A stretch of DNA of 64,000 bases from Mobula hypostoma (lineage: Eukaryota): the NCBI RefSeq assembly GCF_963921235.1, contig NC_086108.1, positions 58,468,001 through 58,532,000 of the forward strand, given 5' to 3'. Of the stretch, positions 62,398 through 64,000 are shown one piece after another. Made by a program: the position numbers and the translations under genes. Below the pieces are notes generated by a model. The model saw only the letters and a list, made by a program, of their open reading frames with translations. It did no database searches and had not been told where the DNA came from. Position 1 is the first letter of the stretch. Each line of letters starts with the position of its first letter.

Positions 62398-64000
62398 GTT
62401 CCTAAATCTTTTTTTGATAAAGTTGACTCTAAAATTTCTTCATTTATTTGGCAGAATAAGAATCCGAGACTGGGTAAAATACATTTACAGAAAGCTAAGA
62501 GAGATGGAGGTTTAGCATTACCTAACTTTAGATTTTATTATTGGGCTATTAATATTCGACATATGAAATTTTGGTTACTTGACCGGGACATACTATCTAT
62601 TCCTAAATGGGTAGCATTGGAATTACAATCTGTTCAGGGTTATACACTTGGTTCTATTTTAGGTTCCTCTCTTCCTTTTGATTCGAAACGTCTTAAGCAG
62701 GTCCCTAACCCGATAGTTAAATATGCTTTGCGCATTTGGTTTCAATTCAGAAAATTTTTTGATCTTAATCAATTCGGGTTAGCGATTCCTATTTTAGGTA
62801 ACATATTTTTTCCTCCCTCTTTTACGGATCGCGCTTTTCAAACTTGGAAGACTAAGGGTATTTTACGGTTTTTGGATTTATTTTTAGATGGTTCCCTTAT
62901 GTCTTTTGAACAATTATCTAATAAATATAACTTATCAAGAATACATTTTTTTAGATATTTACAAGTTAGAAATTTCCTAAGTACTATACTTTCTTCCTTT
63001 CCAATGCTTCCTCCTATATATATTTTAGATTCGATAATTAACCTTAATCCATGTCAGAAAGGTGCATCGGCTATGATTTATAATATTATTATGAAACTTA
63101 GGAAAGCTCCATTTGATAAGATTAGGGTAGATTGGGAACAGGAATTGGGGCTTACCATTTCTGTGGATGATTGGGGGCAGATTTTACAATTAGTTAATAC
63201 TTCCTCTATTTGTGCTAAACATTCCCTAATTCAATTTAAAGTGGTTCATAGAGCACATATGTCCAAAGATAAGCTAGCGCGTTTTTACTCGCATATTAAT
63301 CCTTTCTGTGATAGATGTTCGGGGCAGATAGCCTCTTTAACTCATATGTTTTGGTCTTGCCCTACTTTGGAAACTTTTTGGAGAGATATTTTCAATATTA
63401 TTTCTAAGGTATTAAATATAGATATCTCTCCTCACCCTATTACTGCTATCTTTGGACTACCTAAAATTTCTAGTAATCTTTCCCCTTCAGCCCGTAGAAT
63501 GATTGCATTTCTTACTTTAATGGCGAAAAGATGTATTTTACAACATTGGAAAGAGCTTAATGCTCCAACTACCTTTTTTTGGTTTTCTCAGACGATTTTA
63601 TGTTTGAATCTGGAGAAAATTAGAAGTAACCTTTATGATTCTTCATTTAAATTTGAACAGATTTGGGGACCTTTTATTCGATATTTTCATTTAATGTAAT
63701 ATTTACCCTTCTTGTTTTTTCTTCACTGTTTTAATGGAGGTCGGGATTGAAGACGTGATTTTAAGTTTAACTCTGTTTGGTTTCAAGTTAGCCCATTGCT
63801 TTGCTTTGCTTTTAGTTAGTTGCACGGTGGGTTTTTTTTTTGGGGTTTTTTTTTCTTTTTTTTTCCATTGATATATATAAAATCTAGTATACTATTATGT
63901 TATCTTGGTTTCTTATGCTTAAATTACATTGTTTGTAGTATTTTCTTTTTGGTATTGTTATCTTTTGGAATTTTATTATACTTTAACATTGTATTAATGT
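62398..64000 (+). mobile_element. Young L1-clade LINE, 5'-truncated: ORF2 C-terminus (stop 63697-63699) plus T-rich 3' UTR running off the window
   Basis: >430 uninterrupted codons: FIWQNKNPRL..GGLALPNF..YYWA, YLQVRNF, CDRC...HMFWSC zinc knuckle. Confidence 0.92.

Noticed and set aside
62371..63699. 442-aa ORF as a novel host gene
   Set aside because: It is the L1 ORF2 C-terminus; the first ~9 codons are flanking DNA with a TTG start.
1..64000. CRISPR array, prokaryotic defence/retron system or operon suggested by the RT and nuclease ORFs
   Set aside because: No repeat-spacer array; all RT and endonuclease ORFs belong to eukaryotic retroelements around a spliced vertebrate gene.

Overview
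Eukaryotic, transposon-dense vertebrate DNA. The repeat families (HE1/V-SINE-like SINEs, CR1, Rex/Babar, Penelope) suggest a cartilaginous fish, probably a ray; this is an inference. The only host gene I can support is cystathionine gamma-lyase (CTH/CSE) on the + strand: coding exons 1-7 lie at 21695-60073, all introns are GT-AG, and the PLP lysine is in exon 6. The remaining exons lie beyond the window. Almost everything else is mobile-element debris: CR1, Rex/Babar, L1, Penelope, RTE-type SINEs, Gypsy-like LTR pieces, hAT, Tc1 and Tigger. Highlights: (1) intact minimal hammerhead-ribozyme motifs in Penelope termini, one on the CTH sense strand in intron 4; (2) that copy sits in a ~560-bp, ~99% identical inverted repeat ending 290 nt before exon 5; (3) a four-level nested insertion (LTR > RTE-type element > full-length CR1 > Penelope), two levels of which are marked by target-site duplications; (4) an intron-containing hAT transposase carrying a sense-oriented solo LTR in intron 2; (5) a relic of a large invertebrate-type transposase. 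Element boundaries were read by eye and are approximate unless a TSD or TIR is quoted. Human CTH comparisons are from memory.
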